Assembly (NCBI GenBank): GCA_021785655.1 | Contig: JAJYET010000004.1 | Location: 8,907 to 72,906 of the forward strand | Direction: 5' to 3' | DNA: 64,000 bases | Origin: a bacterium | Lineage (GTDB): Bacteria > Chloroflexota > Dormibacteria > Aeolococcales > Bog-877 | Shown here: piece after piece, positions 48,902 through 58,972 of the stretch | How the letters are laid out: each line of letters begins with the position of its first letter | Position numbering within the stretch: the stretch's first letter is position 1 | Translations under genes and position numbers: made by a program | The notes under the pieces: model-generated | Seen by the model: only the letters and a program-made list of their open reading frames with translations | Database searches by the model: none | Told to the model about the DNA's origin: nothing

Positions 48902-49099
48902 TCACTCCCACTGCATGGAGTCGGCCGCTGGCCTATGCCTACCGCTTCTAGTCGTGAGCGTGCGCCCCAGCCACGGGGGCCCGAAGCGCAAGTGCCCCAG
49001 GCTGTCGATCTTCATAACGAAATCCGTCTGGCCCTCGGTCACAGCCCGCTGCAGCCTATCGTAGAACTCCAGTTTGAACTCATCGATGACTTCAGCCAC
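48902..49099 (-). CDS. N-terminal gene fragment (MAEVIDEFKLEFYDRLQRAVTEGQTDFV..), possibly disrupted by the transposon
   Basis: 65-aa ORF with lower GC immediately outside right IR. Confidence 0.2.
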   Translation of the reverse strand: MAEVIDEFKLEFYDRLQRAVTEGQTDFVMKIDSLGHLRFGPPWLGRTLTTRSGRHRPAADSMQWE

Positions 49100-49838
49100 G
49101 CCCTATCCTCCAGCGGAACCCGCAGTCATGGACCAGCTTGGAGTCTATGCGGTCTGCCCGGTCCACCTACCTTCCGGCCTTCTTCGCCGCGGCTCGGCTA
49201 CCATGACACGGAGCCGCCCCGCCACTCGCCTCTCTCGATTCGACGCTTCCGACGGCTCGTAACCAACGACCGGCACGGCACCAGTCCGGAGGTTCGTCCG
49301 GATTTCACCGCGCATCTGCGTCCAGGGTCCTCAGCCGCGACTGATCCATCGGCTCCCGGGGCTCTTCCCGAACGGCAGGCGTCCGACCCCTGGGAGCCTG
49401 GCGGCAACGGGAACCCTCCGTAGCCTCTGGCTCGGCAACCGAGTGGCAACTCCGAAGGCCAAGTACCTTCCGCATTCCCTGCGAGCGGCGCCCGGGCGCC
49501 ACCGGTAGGTTCGCTCCCAAGATTGCGCCCGGGCGACGGCAGCGCATCCCTGACCGGGTCACACCCTCTTTACTTTGGGTCCTTTGCCCTGGCGAAAGTA
49601 ACCCGGGTCCGATCCGCGACCTCCACCCTTGCCCGCAAGCCAACGTCGACGAATACTCTCCGGGGCCAGCCCCCCCGGCGCCGCGGGGGTCATGGCTGGA
49701 GGTAGCCGCACTCGTGGCTAACGCCCTGTCAGGCGCGCCTAGCCCCCGCATGGGTAGCGCTCTTTAGAAGCGCATCTGTGGAATACTCCTTTGCACTTAC
49801 AGTCAGAACGCACACTTGTGCGACGTCTCGGTAGAGGC

Positions 49839-49892
49839 CTACCCTGACACGGTAGAGGCCCCAGGTTCGACTCCTGGTGCGCCCACCAGCCT
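49839..49892 (+). repeat. attR core (54 bp copy of tRNA-Val 3' part)
   Basis: identical to 30319..30372. Confidence 0.85.
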
Positions 49893-51309
49893 GCCGCGCC
49901 GGTCCATCCGCCGCGGGAGCGGTTGCTGGGTTGGGCTTCATTTGGGGAGCCAGCCCGGAGCCTAACGCACACTCGTCATCACCCGCCCCCTGCGGGATGA
50001 GAGCAGGGGAATGAACAGCCATCCCAACGCGTACCCCAAGTCAGACCTGAACCAGTCGATAGGCTCGGCGCGGGCTGGCGGGAGGGCTGGGGGATGCGGC
50101 GCACGCACCAATTGGGCGCGGTCGCGGGCATGGCTGCCGGTCACAGATGGTGTTCTGGAGGGCCCGGAACAGGTGTGGAGGGGCCGCCGAGGGCGCCATG
50201 GACCCCAGGTAGCCGCGGGGGCGGTCGTGGCGGGTGGCGGGTGCCCTACCCGGTCCGGTCCACGCGAAGGTGGGCCGGGGCCAAGAACTCCTCCTTGTGG
50301 AACATTCCGGAGGCCAGCCGCAGGCGTAGCCGCCGTCGACCCCGAACCAGCCTGGCCGGCCGAAAGCGGCCAGCGGCGCAGCCTCTGGGTGTTGTGGGGC
50401 TGGCCCACGGCCGCGAGCTGCTCACGGGTGAGGATGCCCCGCCAGCGGCCTCGGCCTCGTGCCGCCCCCGGCAGACGTTGCCCGCCGCGAGCACGTAGGT
50501 CGGTGGCGGTCACGGCCACCGTGGCCACCATGTCCCCCGGCTGCCCCAAGCAGGCGGTCTGGCCCACGCCTCGGGATCCGCACCTCGAAATCTCGCACCG
50601 ATCCTCATCAGACCCCGATGTGCGGGGGATGGGGTCTTGACACCGCCCGGTCGGATCGCCGGGACCTCACCTTCCTCACCGCAGGTGTGCCTTCGCGCCC
50701 TTCCCAGACCAGGTCAGTGGATCCTAGGCGCCGCCTTCGCGCTCCACTGCTGGCGCCGCTCGCCATGGGTGAGTTCGATCACAAGCCGCTGCACCGCCTC
50801 CCTGGCCTCGGTGAGCCGGGCAGGCTGGGGTCGTCCGCGGAGAGCGCCGTGGCTGCCAGGGTTTCCAGCCGGCGCCGGACGGATCGGGCATCGCGGAGCA
50901 GGGCGACTCGGGCCTCGGTTCTGCCCGAAAAGGGGACAGAGCAACCGGATGCCCTCTCCACCACCTCGCCCTGCCGGTGCCGATGCACAGCGTTGCCGTC
51001 CTCAGCTCGACCTTTGTCCCTGGAGCGGCTTGCACCTGCTTTAGGAGGATGACCGCCATCTGCTACCCGACCGTGGTGCTACCCCCGAAGACGCTGGGGA
51101 ACGTCCCATCACCGAGGCTCCTCCCGGCAAGCCCCTCACGCTGCCGCGGGGAACTCCATTCGCGGGATGACAATTGCGCTCACCCCGTTTCTCCGGTGTC
51201 CGCTGCCCCTGGGCCCGGGCGTGGGCTACCGCCGGGCCAACTCACCGCCTTCGGTTCCAGGTGGAGAACACGCGGTTCGCCGAGGGGATTGTGCTACCGT
51301 GTGGACACC

Positions 51310-51594
51310 ATGAGTAGCACTGTGGGCATAAGGGAGCTGAGGCAGCAGGCCAGCGCGGTGCTCCGGCGGGTTGTCGCGGGCGAGGTAGTGGATGTCACTG
51401 AGCACGGGCATCCCATCGCCCGGATTGTCCCGCTCCGTCCGGGTGTGCTCGACCAGTTGGTGCTCGAGGGGCGCGCCACAGAACAGCAGGATGACCTCCT
51501 CGACCTGCTTGACAACCTGGGCCTGCCGGCGACCGCGGCCGGGGATACGCTCCCCTCCGCAGCGCTGGCTGAGCTGCGTGCGGATGAACGGTAG
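51310..51594 (+). CDS. Phd/YefM-family antitoxin
   Basis: MSSTVGIRELRQQASAVLRRVVAGEVVDVTEHGHPIARIVPL. Confidence 0.75.
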   Translation: MSSTVGIRELRQQASAVLRRVVAGEVVDVTEHGHPIARIVPLRPGVLDQLVLEGRATEQQDDLLDLLDNLGLPATAAGDTLPSAALAELRADER

Positions 51595-51985
51595 GGTCGC
51601 CTACCTCGACTCCTCTGCGTTCGTCAAGCTCCTGGTCATGGAGCCGGAGTCCGCCGCCCTGCGCATGGCCCTGGCAAGATGGCCCGAGCGCGCCTCGGCA
51701 GACCTGCTGCGGACCGAAGTGGTGCGCTCCCTCCGCCGATCGGGCAACGGCGCATTGGTCGGCTCAGCGCGCCGGCTTTTTCGCTCCCTTCGCCTTCTCC
51801 GCGTCGACGAGCTGCTGCTAGACCGGGCCGGGGACCTGGATCCCTTCAAGCTGCGATCTCTGGATGCCATCCACCTGGCGGCGGCGATGACGATCGGGAG
51901 TGATCTCAGCGTCGTCCTTACCTACGACGATCGTCTTCGGGACGCGGCGCAGGCCAGCGGGCTGGTGGTCATGGCGCCTGCCTGA
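51584..51985 (+). CDS. vapC: PIN-domain toxin VapC
   Basis: VAYLDSSAFVKLLVMEPES.., ..DAIHLAAA.., 133 aa; ATG overlaps antitoxin end by 11 nt. Confidence 0.75.
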   Translation: MNGRVAYLDSSAFVKLLVMEPESAALRMALARWPERASADLLRTEVVRSLRRSGNGALVGSARRLFRSLRLLRVDELLLDRAGDLDPFKLRSLDAIHLAAAMTIGSDLSVVLTYDDRLRDAAQASGLVVMAPA

Positions 51986-52261
51986 CTGCCCCACCTCCGC
52001 GGCCCATCCCTGAATCGGGATGTCGACCGCCTGGCGCAGGGAGACAAGCCACCTCTCCAGCGCCGCCACTATCACTCTCCAAGCTACGGCCCGCCATCGT
52101 CAGTCTTGCTGACTTCAGCCTCCAGCAAGGCAAGGTCCGCGCGACATCTGATGGCCGAAAACGACCATGCTGGTGCCGCCATGCCACATTCGGCAGCACT
52201 CGGCAGGATGAACACAGCGAAGCTGCTGGGATCGCATGCGCCGGCGAATGCCCCACGTCGC

Positions 52262-53167
52262 TCAGTGCCTGCGTGTACCCCAGGATGCGCGATCTTCTCC
52301 TCCTGTGAGGTCCATGCGGCCTCGCTTGATTGAATCTGAGTATCCCTTAAGGAGCAGGAACGCAACCACGTAGCAGCCGATCAGCAGAGCAGTCAAGGCG
52401 ACGAGGTACGGGAGGCTCAGGCCCTGCACCACCGGAGCTGTGTCCATCCTTTCCTCGACCAGGTCCACCGTATTCTGCAGTGTGTAGAGCGGAATGGCTT
52501 GGCAGCACCTGCCGATGTCCACAACGGCGCGGTATTGTCCGTAACGAACGATTGCAGTGGCATCGTAGTACGGCAGCAGCCCTCGACCGCTCGCATACAT
52601 CGACTCGCTTTCGAAAGCGACGCCGGGTCGGATGACGTCGATAATCAACGGTGAAACGGAGGTCGCCCCTACTACCTGAAGTCCCGCCGTGTTCAGTGAG
52701 TATGTGGTTCGTTTTGCGTAGCACGTTCGATATCGGTTAGTTGTCACTTGCCGCTCCAACGCCGCTGCCACGGCACTCGAGGGCTCCACGATGGTGTTGA
52801 TCGTCATGCTGGCTTGATCCGATCCCTTGATGGTCGGGGAGTCGTTGTAGTAGTAGCTGCTGGTCGCAAAGCCCAACAACGTATGCGTGTTGCGAGTGCA
52901 GTTGTTTTCCGGCGGGACGTTCTCATAGGTTTGGGTGCCTGTCGGCGTCCAGCCGTTGGGTCCGGTGCCTGGATACGCCCTGCTGGGCGGGTCTCCTGGC
53001 ATGATGGGCAAGGAGCTGGTCACGGGAACTAGATTCCTCGCCGCATTGGCTGCGGCTGACTGACTCCCGATGAGATATGCGACCAGCAGGCCAATTCCAG
53101 CAAGACCGCCGATCATGGCGATCACCGCGCCAAACAACTTCAATCGAGGCGCGTACATGATGACCAT
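52262..53167 (-). CDS. low-GC hypothetical double-anchored (N- and C-terminal TM) surface protein, Thr/Ser/Tyr/Asn-rich ectodomain
   Basis: 301 aa; coding region visibly far less GC-rich than host; flanked by TA pair and transposase remnant. Confidence 0.5.
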   Translation of the reverse strand: MVIMYAPRLKLFGAVIAMIGGLAGIGLLVAYLIGSQSAAANAARNLVPVTSSLPIMPGDPPSRAYPGTGPNGWTPTGTQTYENVPPENNCTRNTHTLLGFATSSYYYNDSPTIKGSDQASMTINTIVEPSSAVAAALERQVTTNRYRTCYAKRTTYSLNTAGLQVVGATSVSPLIIDVIRPGVAFESESMYASGRGLLPYYDATAIVRYGQYRAVVDIGRCCQAIPLYTLQNTVDLVEERMDTAPVVQGLSLPYLVALTALLIGCYVVAFLLLKGYSDSIKRGRMDLTGGEDRASWGTRRH

Positions 53168-53399
53168 CGGCGCACGTTAGCACACCAGGTCTGACCTGGC
53201 GAGGTGAATCAGCGCCCGGTAGCGCGCTTGGCGCAGGCGACGTGAGTGCCTCGCTGACATAGAGGATTGGGGTTGTCACTAACCCATCGACTCCAAGCGG
53301 GAGGCACCCAGTGGGTGAGGCGCACCGCATCCGGCCCCACGGTTCACGGAGGGGCTGACGACCCTACGGTCCCCGGCCACCCCGGCTGCTCCTGGCCCG

Positions 53400-54270
53400 G
53401 CAGCTGAACCCGAATCTGCACCTGATGGAGCGACTGGACGACGCGCTTGCGGGAGTGCGGCAGTTCAAGCGGAGGCGACGGGGGCTGGGCGGCGCCCAGC
53501 TGCTCTTCTGCCTGGCGGAGTCGATCCTGGCGGGAGGCAGCCATCCGGCCCATCTGGATCCGCCGCGCGGGGATGACGCCGGTCGGGTGCCGTGAGCGGT
53601 GGCGGAGGTGCGCGCTCTGGAGACCACAGCCAGGTGCCGCCGGGGCGCAACCGGCCAGTGCCCGGCGGTGGTCGCCGAGCTGGCCCGGACCGGTGCGGAG
53701 CTGGACCGAGTGCTGGGGCTGCCGGAGTGGTGCCCGGTGCCCCTGGACCTCGACTCCACCACCGCCGAGGCCCAGGGTGAACTGAAGGACCGCACCCCCG
53801 ACAACTACCAGGGGGAGCTCAGGTTTGGCTCCCTGTTCCGCACCTGGGCGGAGCGGCGGCGGGTGCTGGCCGACGGTCTGCGGCCGGGGATCGCGTCGGA
53901 CAGGTCGATCTCCCCTCAGCTGGTTCTGCAGGCCGTGCGCGCCCGGCCCGAGGAGCATGGGGAGGTGCGGCTGCGGGGGACAGCGGATTCTCCGGCGCCG
54001 AGTTGCTTGACCAGTGCCGGCGCCACCGGCTGTGGTTCGGGGTGGCGCCCCACTACCAAGTCATGTGGCACCTGCGGCCGCATTTCTTGCCCACCGGCTG
54101 GCGGCCAGGCCGGGAGGTGGCGGGGGTGCGGTCATCCCCCCCTCGCTGGAGGCACGAGCGGCTGCGGCTTCCGATGCGGCAGGTACGGGACAGAGGCGAA
54201 GGACATCTCCCAGAGCCCTGAGAGCCGGCGGCGGAAGGGCATCCCAAGCGTCAACGGCGACTGGCCCTGA
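53400..54270 (+). pseudogene. IS1380/IS4-like DDE transposase remnant, multiple frameshifts
   Basis: ..DDALAGVRQFKRRRRGLGGAQLLFCLAESILAGG.. then ..PVPLDLDSTTAEAQGELKD..YQGELRF.. in shifted frames; no intact ORF. Confidence 0.4.
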
Positions 54271-54507
54271 AGGGACTGGTGGGCCACACCTACCCCTATT
54301 CCCTCGGCCCGGACCACCAGTGCCGCTGAGGTTCGTCCAGACCACGAACTTGGGTGATTCGTCCCAGAATACCCTGGCCAGAGTGGAGGCCCAGAGCTGC
54401 CGCTGCAGCGGGCGGCTCACCAGGTGTGGGGGATCGCCACTTAGCGATAGTCTTGGTGCCGACGCCATGCCACCGCCAGCGTGGCGAGGACAGTGCTGGA
54501 GGTGTCG

Positions 54508-55149
54508 ATGGCAGGAGACGGAGGCCGGGCCTGGGCGGAGGCTCACATGGAGCGTGCCGCGCTGGCCGAGGAACTTGCATCCCTCACGGACGTGCAGTGG
54601 GCGCTGCCGTCGCTTTGCGGGCGTTGGGTGATCGAGGACGTGGTCGCCCACCTCACCGCTGCCGCCAGCGTCGGCCCTGGGCGCTGGCTCGCGAGTGTCA
54701 TTAGCGCACGGTTCGACTTCGACCGGCACAACGATCGGCGCCTGGCCGAGCATCGTGGCTCCAGGCCGGCCGAGACCCTCGAACGCTTTCGCCGGGTTGT
54801 GACGAGCACCAGATCCGCCCCCGGGCCCACCGTGGCCTGGTTGGGGGAAATTGTGGTCCACAGTCATGACATCCGCCGGCCCCTGGGGATGCCCCGCACG
54901 CCACCCGTGGAAGTGGTCACCGAGGTCGCCCGCTTCTACGTCCGGCGCAACTTCGCGGTGCCGAGTCGCACCCGCGCGGAGGGGCTCCGCATCGAGGCGA
55001 CCGACGGCCCCTTCGCGGCCGGAGCCGGACCCCTGGTCAGCGGGACGACGCTGGCGCTGACCATGGCCATGGCGGGACGCCGCGCCTACTGCGAGGACCT
55101 CACCGGCCCCGGCGTGTCCACCCTGCTCGCCCGCTGTCCCACCTCCTGA
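54508..55149 (+). CDS. mycothiol-dependent maleylpyruvate isomerase family protein (DinB/YfiT-like fold)
   Basis: AEAHMERAALAEELASLTDVQWALPSLCGRWVIEDVVAHLTAAA N-terminal metal-binding domain typical of the actinobacterial family. Confidence 0.6.
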   Translation: MAGDGGRAWAEAHMERAALAEELASLTDVQWALPSLCGRWVIEDVVAHLTAAASVGPGRWLASVISARFDFDRHNDRRLAEHRGSRPAETLERFRRVVTSTRSAPGPTVAWLGEIVVHSHDIRRPLGMPRTPPVEVVTEVARFYVRRNFAVPSRTRAEGLRIEATDGPFAAGAGPLVSGTTLALTMAMAGRRAYCEDLTGPGVSTLLARCPTS

Positions 55150-55463
55150 CCCGGGGCAGCGGAGAGCGACCGCGCCGTCACCCACGGAGGCGGGCGTGGT
55201 CTCGTCGCAAACCGCCCACGGGGGCACCCGGCCCCTGGCCCGAAGCGGCACGGGTGTTCGTCGACTGGCCACGGTTCTGCCCGTGCCCAGGGAGACCCCG
55301 CACCTGGGGACACACTCTGGAGCCCCGAGGGAGCCGGGTTGTCCACACCCGAAGTGGGGAAAAAGAGGATAAGCCAGTTCCTGACCGTGGAGCCGAAATC
55401 ACTTAATTTCTGAGGCTTTTCGCCATTGACAGGGGGCCTTAAGCAGGGCTTAACATGGGCCCC

Positions 55464-55740
55464 CGTGACACCTCCTCGCAGCCCCCGTCCGCCCCGCATC
55501 TGCGCCCGCGCCGGGTGCGGCGCCCCGGTCAAGAAGCCCACGGCCCGGTATTGCAGCGTGGCCTGCTCGTCCCAGGACCCGGAGCGCCGGGCGCGGCTCC
55601 GGGAGCGGGCGCGCTGCGGTCGGATACTCCCTTTGGCACGCCAGCTGCCCCTGGACTTCGACGGCGAGGAGCAGAGGATCGCGGCCCTGGCCGGAGCCCG
55701 GGAGGAGGTGCCCCAGGGACTCTCGCGCTGGGCCGTCTGA
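55464..55740 (+). CDS. hypothetical zinc-ribbon protein (C-x4-C ... C-x3-C)
   Basis: ICARAGCGAPVKKPTARYCSVAC; TTGACA-type promoter ~55395; alternative overlapping frame 55455..55805 is Pro/Gly-rich and less protein-like. Confidence 0.35.
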
Positions 55741-55743
55741 GGC

Positions 55744-55983
55744 TCAGGAGATCGCCGTCCGGGGGCGAACCATCGCCTCGGCGGTGCGGATGTCGGCGGC
55801 CGTGACGGTGACGCGCAGGCTCTGCTCGCAGTGGTGACAGATCAGGTGGAAGGTGGTGGGCCGGGGGATGTCTCGCGCCACCTCCTGTCGAAAGCCACAG
55901 GCCTCGCAGCTGACCACCGCACGCATGTGGCCATTGAAGTCGAAGGAGCGGCGGTGAGCGCCGCCGCCAACGGACTGCCACAC
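55744..55983 (-). CDS. hypothetical small 4-Cys protein
   Basis: 79 aa; SCEACGF ... ICHHCEQ; immediately downstream of MFS transporter. Confidence 0.3.
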   Translation of the reverse strand: MWQSVGGGAHRRSFDFNGHMRAVVSCEACGFRQEVARDIPRPTTFHLICHHCEQSLRVTVTAADIRTAEAMVRPRTAIS

Positions 55984-55987
55984 GCCG

Positions 55988-57316
55988 CTACCGGGCTGTA
56001 ACCGGGCCCTGCCCCCAGGAACGACCCAGGGCCAGGCCCCCGGCGGCCACCAGGCAGACCCCCAGGAAGGCGATGACGTCGCTGGCCCCCACCACGTCCG
56101 CCACCGCCCCCGCCACCAGCAGCGGCAGGGCGATCGCCAGGTTGATGAGCAGGAAGGCGCCTCCGAAGATCCTGCCCCGGGTCGCCTCCTCGGTGCCCTC
56201 TTGGATCAGCACCAGGCAGGGGATCAACACGGCGCCCAGGCCGGCTCCGAAGATGACCGCCAGCCCGATGGCCAGGGGGACCAGCGCCCCGTCCACCCCC
56301 AACTGCCGGAGGACGGGAGGCAGAACTCCCAGGACCAGCATCGCGGCCCCAGCCAGGGTCAGCCCAAGCGACGCCCTCCTCGCCCCTCCGGCGATCCCGG
56401 GGCGCCGGCTGATGAGAGTCCCGGCCAGCACCATGCCGAAGGTGGCGGGGACCAGGAGGATGTAGCTGTCCTGGGGTCGGCGAAGCAGCACATGCTGCAT
56501 GTAGCCGGCGGAGAGAGCGAAGATCGTGAACACGATCACCAGGGCCAGGGTCAACATCCCGAAGGCGAACGGCAGGATGGGACTCTCCCGAATCACCACC
56601 AGCACCTCGCGCACCTCGACCACGGTCCGGCCGATCCCGCGAGAGACCGGCGAGGACTCCGTGTGGGTGGCCGCCAGCCGGGCGCGGATCAGCCAGATGG
56701 CACCCGAGGCGAGGGCGAAGAGGCTGGCGCCGAAGTAGTAGGGGCCCTCCTGCCCGAGCACCCGCTGGGCCAGGGACGCCAGGGGGACCGAGACGACGAT
56801 GGTCATGACGATGGTCACGGTGAACAGCGAGGTGGCCGCCGGCACGTCCTCGCGCCGGACCAGGCTGGGGATGCTGGCCGCTTCGGCGGGAGCGAACAGC
56901 TGCCCCACCCCCGCGAACACCAGGGTGATGGCATAGAGCGGGGCCGCCTGGTGCTGCGCCACTCCCGTCAACTCCAGCAGCGGCACGCCCAGGACCATGA
57001 TCCCCCGGCTGAGGTTGGTCCACATCATGAGGACCTTCTTGTCGTACCGGTCGGCGAAGATGCCGGCCGGTACCGAGAGGAACACGGCGGGGATGGTGTA
57101 GGCCAGGAGGAGGGCGGCGTCGCTGAGGTACAGGTGGGTGAGGGAGTAGATGGACAGCAAGAGGGAGAAGGCGAAGAACTTGTCCCCCAACTGAGCCGCC
57201 ACCTGAGCGCCCCAGAGGAGCCGGAAATCCCGGCTGGCCAAAGCCTGGCGGAAGCCGGCGGGGCCAGGGGAGGGGGGCCCCTGGGTCCCAGGGACCCTCT
57301 GGCCCACAGCCGTCAT
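55988..57316 (-). CDS. MFS transporter
   Basis: 12 predicted TM helices, motif-A-like loop (ADRYDKKVL); start probably MTAVGQRV. Confidence 0.75.
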   Translation of the reverse strand: MTAVGQRVPGTQGPPSPGPAGFRQALASRDFRLLWGAQVAAQLGDKFFAFSLLLSIYSLTHLYLSDAALLLAYTIPAVFLSVPAGIFADRYDKKVLMMWTNLSRGIMVLGVPLLELTGVAQHQAAPLYAITLVFAGVGQLFAPAEAASIPSLVRREDVPAATSLFTVTIVMTIVVSVPLASLAQRVLGQEGPYYFGASLFALASGAIWLIRARLAATHTESSPVSRGIGRTVVEVREVLVVIRESPILPFAFGMLTLALVIVFTIFALSAGYMQHVLLRRPQDSYILLVPATFGMVLAGTLISRRPGIAGGARRASLGLTLAGAAMLVLGVLPPVLRQLGVDGALVPLAIGLAVIFGAGLGAVLIPCLVLIQEGTEEATRGRIFGGAFLLINLAIALPLLVAGAVADVVGASDVIAFLGVCLVAAGGLALGRSWGQGPVTAR

Positions 57317-57329
57317 GGGGCGGAATATA

Positions 57330-58181
57330 TCACCGCCACTCCCCTGCTCCACCCGTCAACACCGCTCCCAGCCGGACCCACTCACCAAGGTCGATCGCCC
57401 CCGGACGCTGGGCGGGGTCGATCTGCGCCAGCTCCAGCAGCTGCCCCGCCCTCAGGGGGCTCACCCCCATGGCCACGGCTACCCCGTGCCGCAGCTGCTT
57501 GCGCCGCTGCTGGAAGATGGGGCGCGCCAGCTGCAGGAGCGCTTCCCGCGCCGAGCGTTGGAGCGCCCTCCGGGGCACCAGCTCGACCAGGGCGCTACTC
57601 ACTTTGGGGCGCGGCCAGAAGCTCTCCGGGCCCATCTTGAGCCGCACCTCACAGGTGGCCGCGAGCTGGACCGCCAGGGTGGCCAGGGACCAGCGTCCCA
57701 CCGGGGCCGCCAGACGCAGCGCCACCTCGTGCTGGAGCAGGACGTGGCAGCTAAGTGGGGCCGGCTCCATGTCCAGCAGGTGGCTCAGGAGGGCACCGGT
57801 GATGCTGTAAGGCAGGTTCCCCACCACGATGTAGGGCGGGCTCAGCCCCAGCTCCGAGGGGCCGACGCGGAGGGCGCTCTCCTCCACCACCCGAAGCTCG
57901 GAATGGCGGACTCGGAGCAGCCCCAGCGCCGCCACCGCGCGGTGGTCGACCTCAACCCCGACGACCGTCCGGCCCGCCTCCAGCAGCCCCTGGGTCAGGG
58001 CGCCGAGACCGGGCCCGACCTCCAGGACCAGCCGGGGACTCTCGGGCAGTGAGGCCACGATGGCATCCCGCACCTCGCGGTCGACCAAGAAGCTCTGGCC
58101 CCGACCCCGCTCGGGGGAGAGGCCGAAGCGCCGGGCCACCGCCCGGGTGGTCGACTCCCGGCAGAGGTCCAGCCCCTTCAC
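57330..58181 (-). CDS. rsmA: 16S rRNA (adenine1518/1519-N6)-dimethyltransferase
   Basis: RGQSFLVD, ..VVGVEVD.., NLPYSI motifs; likely GTG start 58181. Confidence 0.85.
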   Translation of the reverse strand: MKGLDLCRESTTRAVARRFGLSPERGRGQSFLVDREVRDAIVASLPESPRLVLEVGPGLGALTQGLLEAGRTVVGVEVDHRAVAALGLLRVRHSELRVVEESALRVGPSELGLSPPYIVVGNLPYSITGALLSHLLDMEPAPLSCHVLLQHEVALRLAAPVGRWSLATLAVQLAATCEVRLKMGPESFWPRPKVSSALVELVPRRALQRSAREALLQLARPIFQQRRKQLRHGVAVAMGVSPLRAGQLLELAQIDPAQRPGAIDLGEWVRLGAVLTGGAGEWR

Positions 58182-58972
58182 GGCAATGGAAGCCGGAAGA
58201 ACGCCCGGGTGGTGGAGGTGCTCCACTCCGCCACCACCTCCAGCCCGACCCCGAGATTGGTGGCCAGCCACGACGCCGTCAGCCTCACCAGGGCCGGGTG
58301 GCAGAGGCGGCCCCGGAGGGGATGCGGTGCCAGGAACGGGGAGTCCGTCTCCAGGAGGAGCAGCCCGGGCGGCACCACCGCAACCGCCTCCCGGAGCTGG
58401 GCGGCGGACCTGAAGGTGAGGTTGCCGGCGAAGGAGCAGTAGAGCTTCCGGGAGACGGCGGCCCGGGCGAACTCCGCCCCGCCGCTGAAGCAGTGCAGCA
58501 TGGTGGGCACCCTGGGGGAGGCGTCCAGCACCTCCAGCAGGTCCCGGCCGGCGTCCCGCTGGTGGATGACCACCGGCTTGGCGGCCTCCGCGGCCAGCTC
58601 CAGCATCGACCGCAGGAGGTGGCGCTGCTCCCCCGGATCCCAGATAGAGCCACCATCCCGCCGGTGGTAGTCCAGCCCCACCTCCCCCAGGGCCACGGCC
58701 CGCGGGTGGTCGAGCAGTTCCCGAAGTTCCCTCCTCTCCGCGCTTGACGGTGGACGTCCGTTGCCGGGATGCCAGCCGGGGGTGAAGAACACCCCCTCGT
58801 TCCCCTCGGCCAGCTCTCGCGCCCGGCGGTTCTCGGCCGGGGAGTCTCCACTGGTGACCATCTGCACCACCCCGGAGGCCGCGGCCGCGGAGATGGCCTC
58901 CTCCGCCGGCATCCCCCGCCGCTCCAGCTCGTCCAGATGGCAGTGGGCGTCCACCAGCTGGACCTCACCCAC
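58178..58972 (-). CDS. tatD: TatD-family deoxyribonuclease/hydrolase
   Basis: VDAHCHLD metal-binding motif; GTG start 58972 overlapping rsmI stop. Confidence 0.8.
   Translation of the reverse strand: MGEVQLVDAHCHLDELERRGMPAEEAISAAAASGVVQMVTSGDSPAENRRARELAEGNEGVFFTPGWHPGNGRPPSSAERRELRELLDHPRAVALGEVGLDYHRRDGGSIWDPGEQRHLLRSMLELAAEAAKPVVIHQRDAGRDLLEVLDASPRVPTMLHCFSGGAEFARAAVSRKLYCSFAGNLTFRSAAQLREAVAVVPPGLLLLETDSPFLAPHPLRGRLCHPALVRLTASWLATNLGVGLEVVAEWSTSTTRAFFRLPLP

Larger units (their letters stand above)
30319..49892 (+). mobile_element. ~19.6-kb integrated element of the actinomycete integrative conjugative (AICE, pSAM2-like) type in tRNA-Val, with nested IS elements and cargo
   Basis: 54-bp perfect direct repeat (3' half of tRNA-Val) at both ends; integrase next to attL; Rep-like, FtsK-like TraB, SSB-like, GntR KorSA-like genes. 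Confidence 0.6.

Noticed and set aside
49100-49830. possible structured ncRNA (tmRNA or group II intron-like) left of attR
   Set aside because: The GGTTCGACTCC tRNA-like end is fully explained by the att duplication of tRNA-Val. No tmRNA tag reading frame or intron domain V consensus was recognised.
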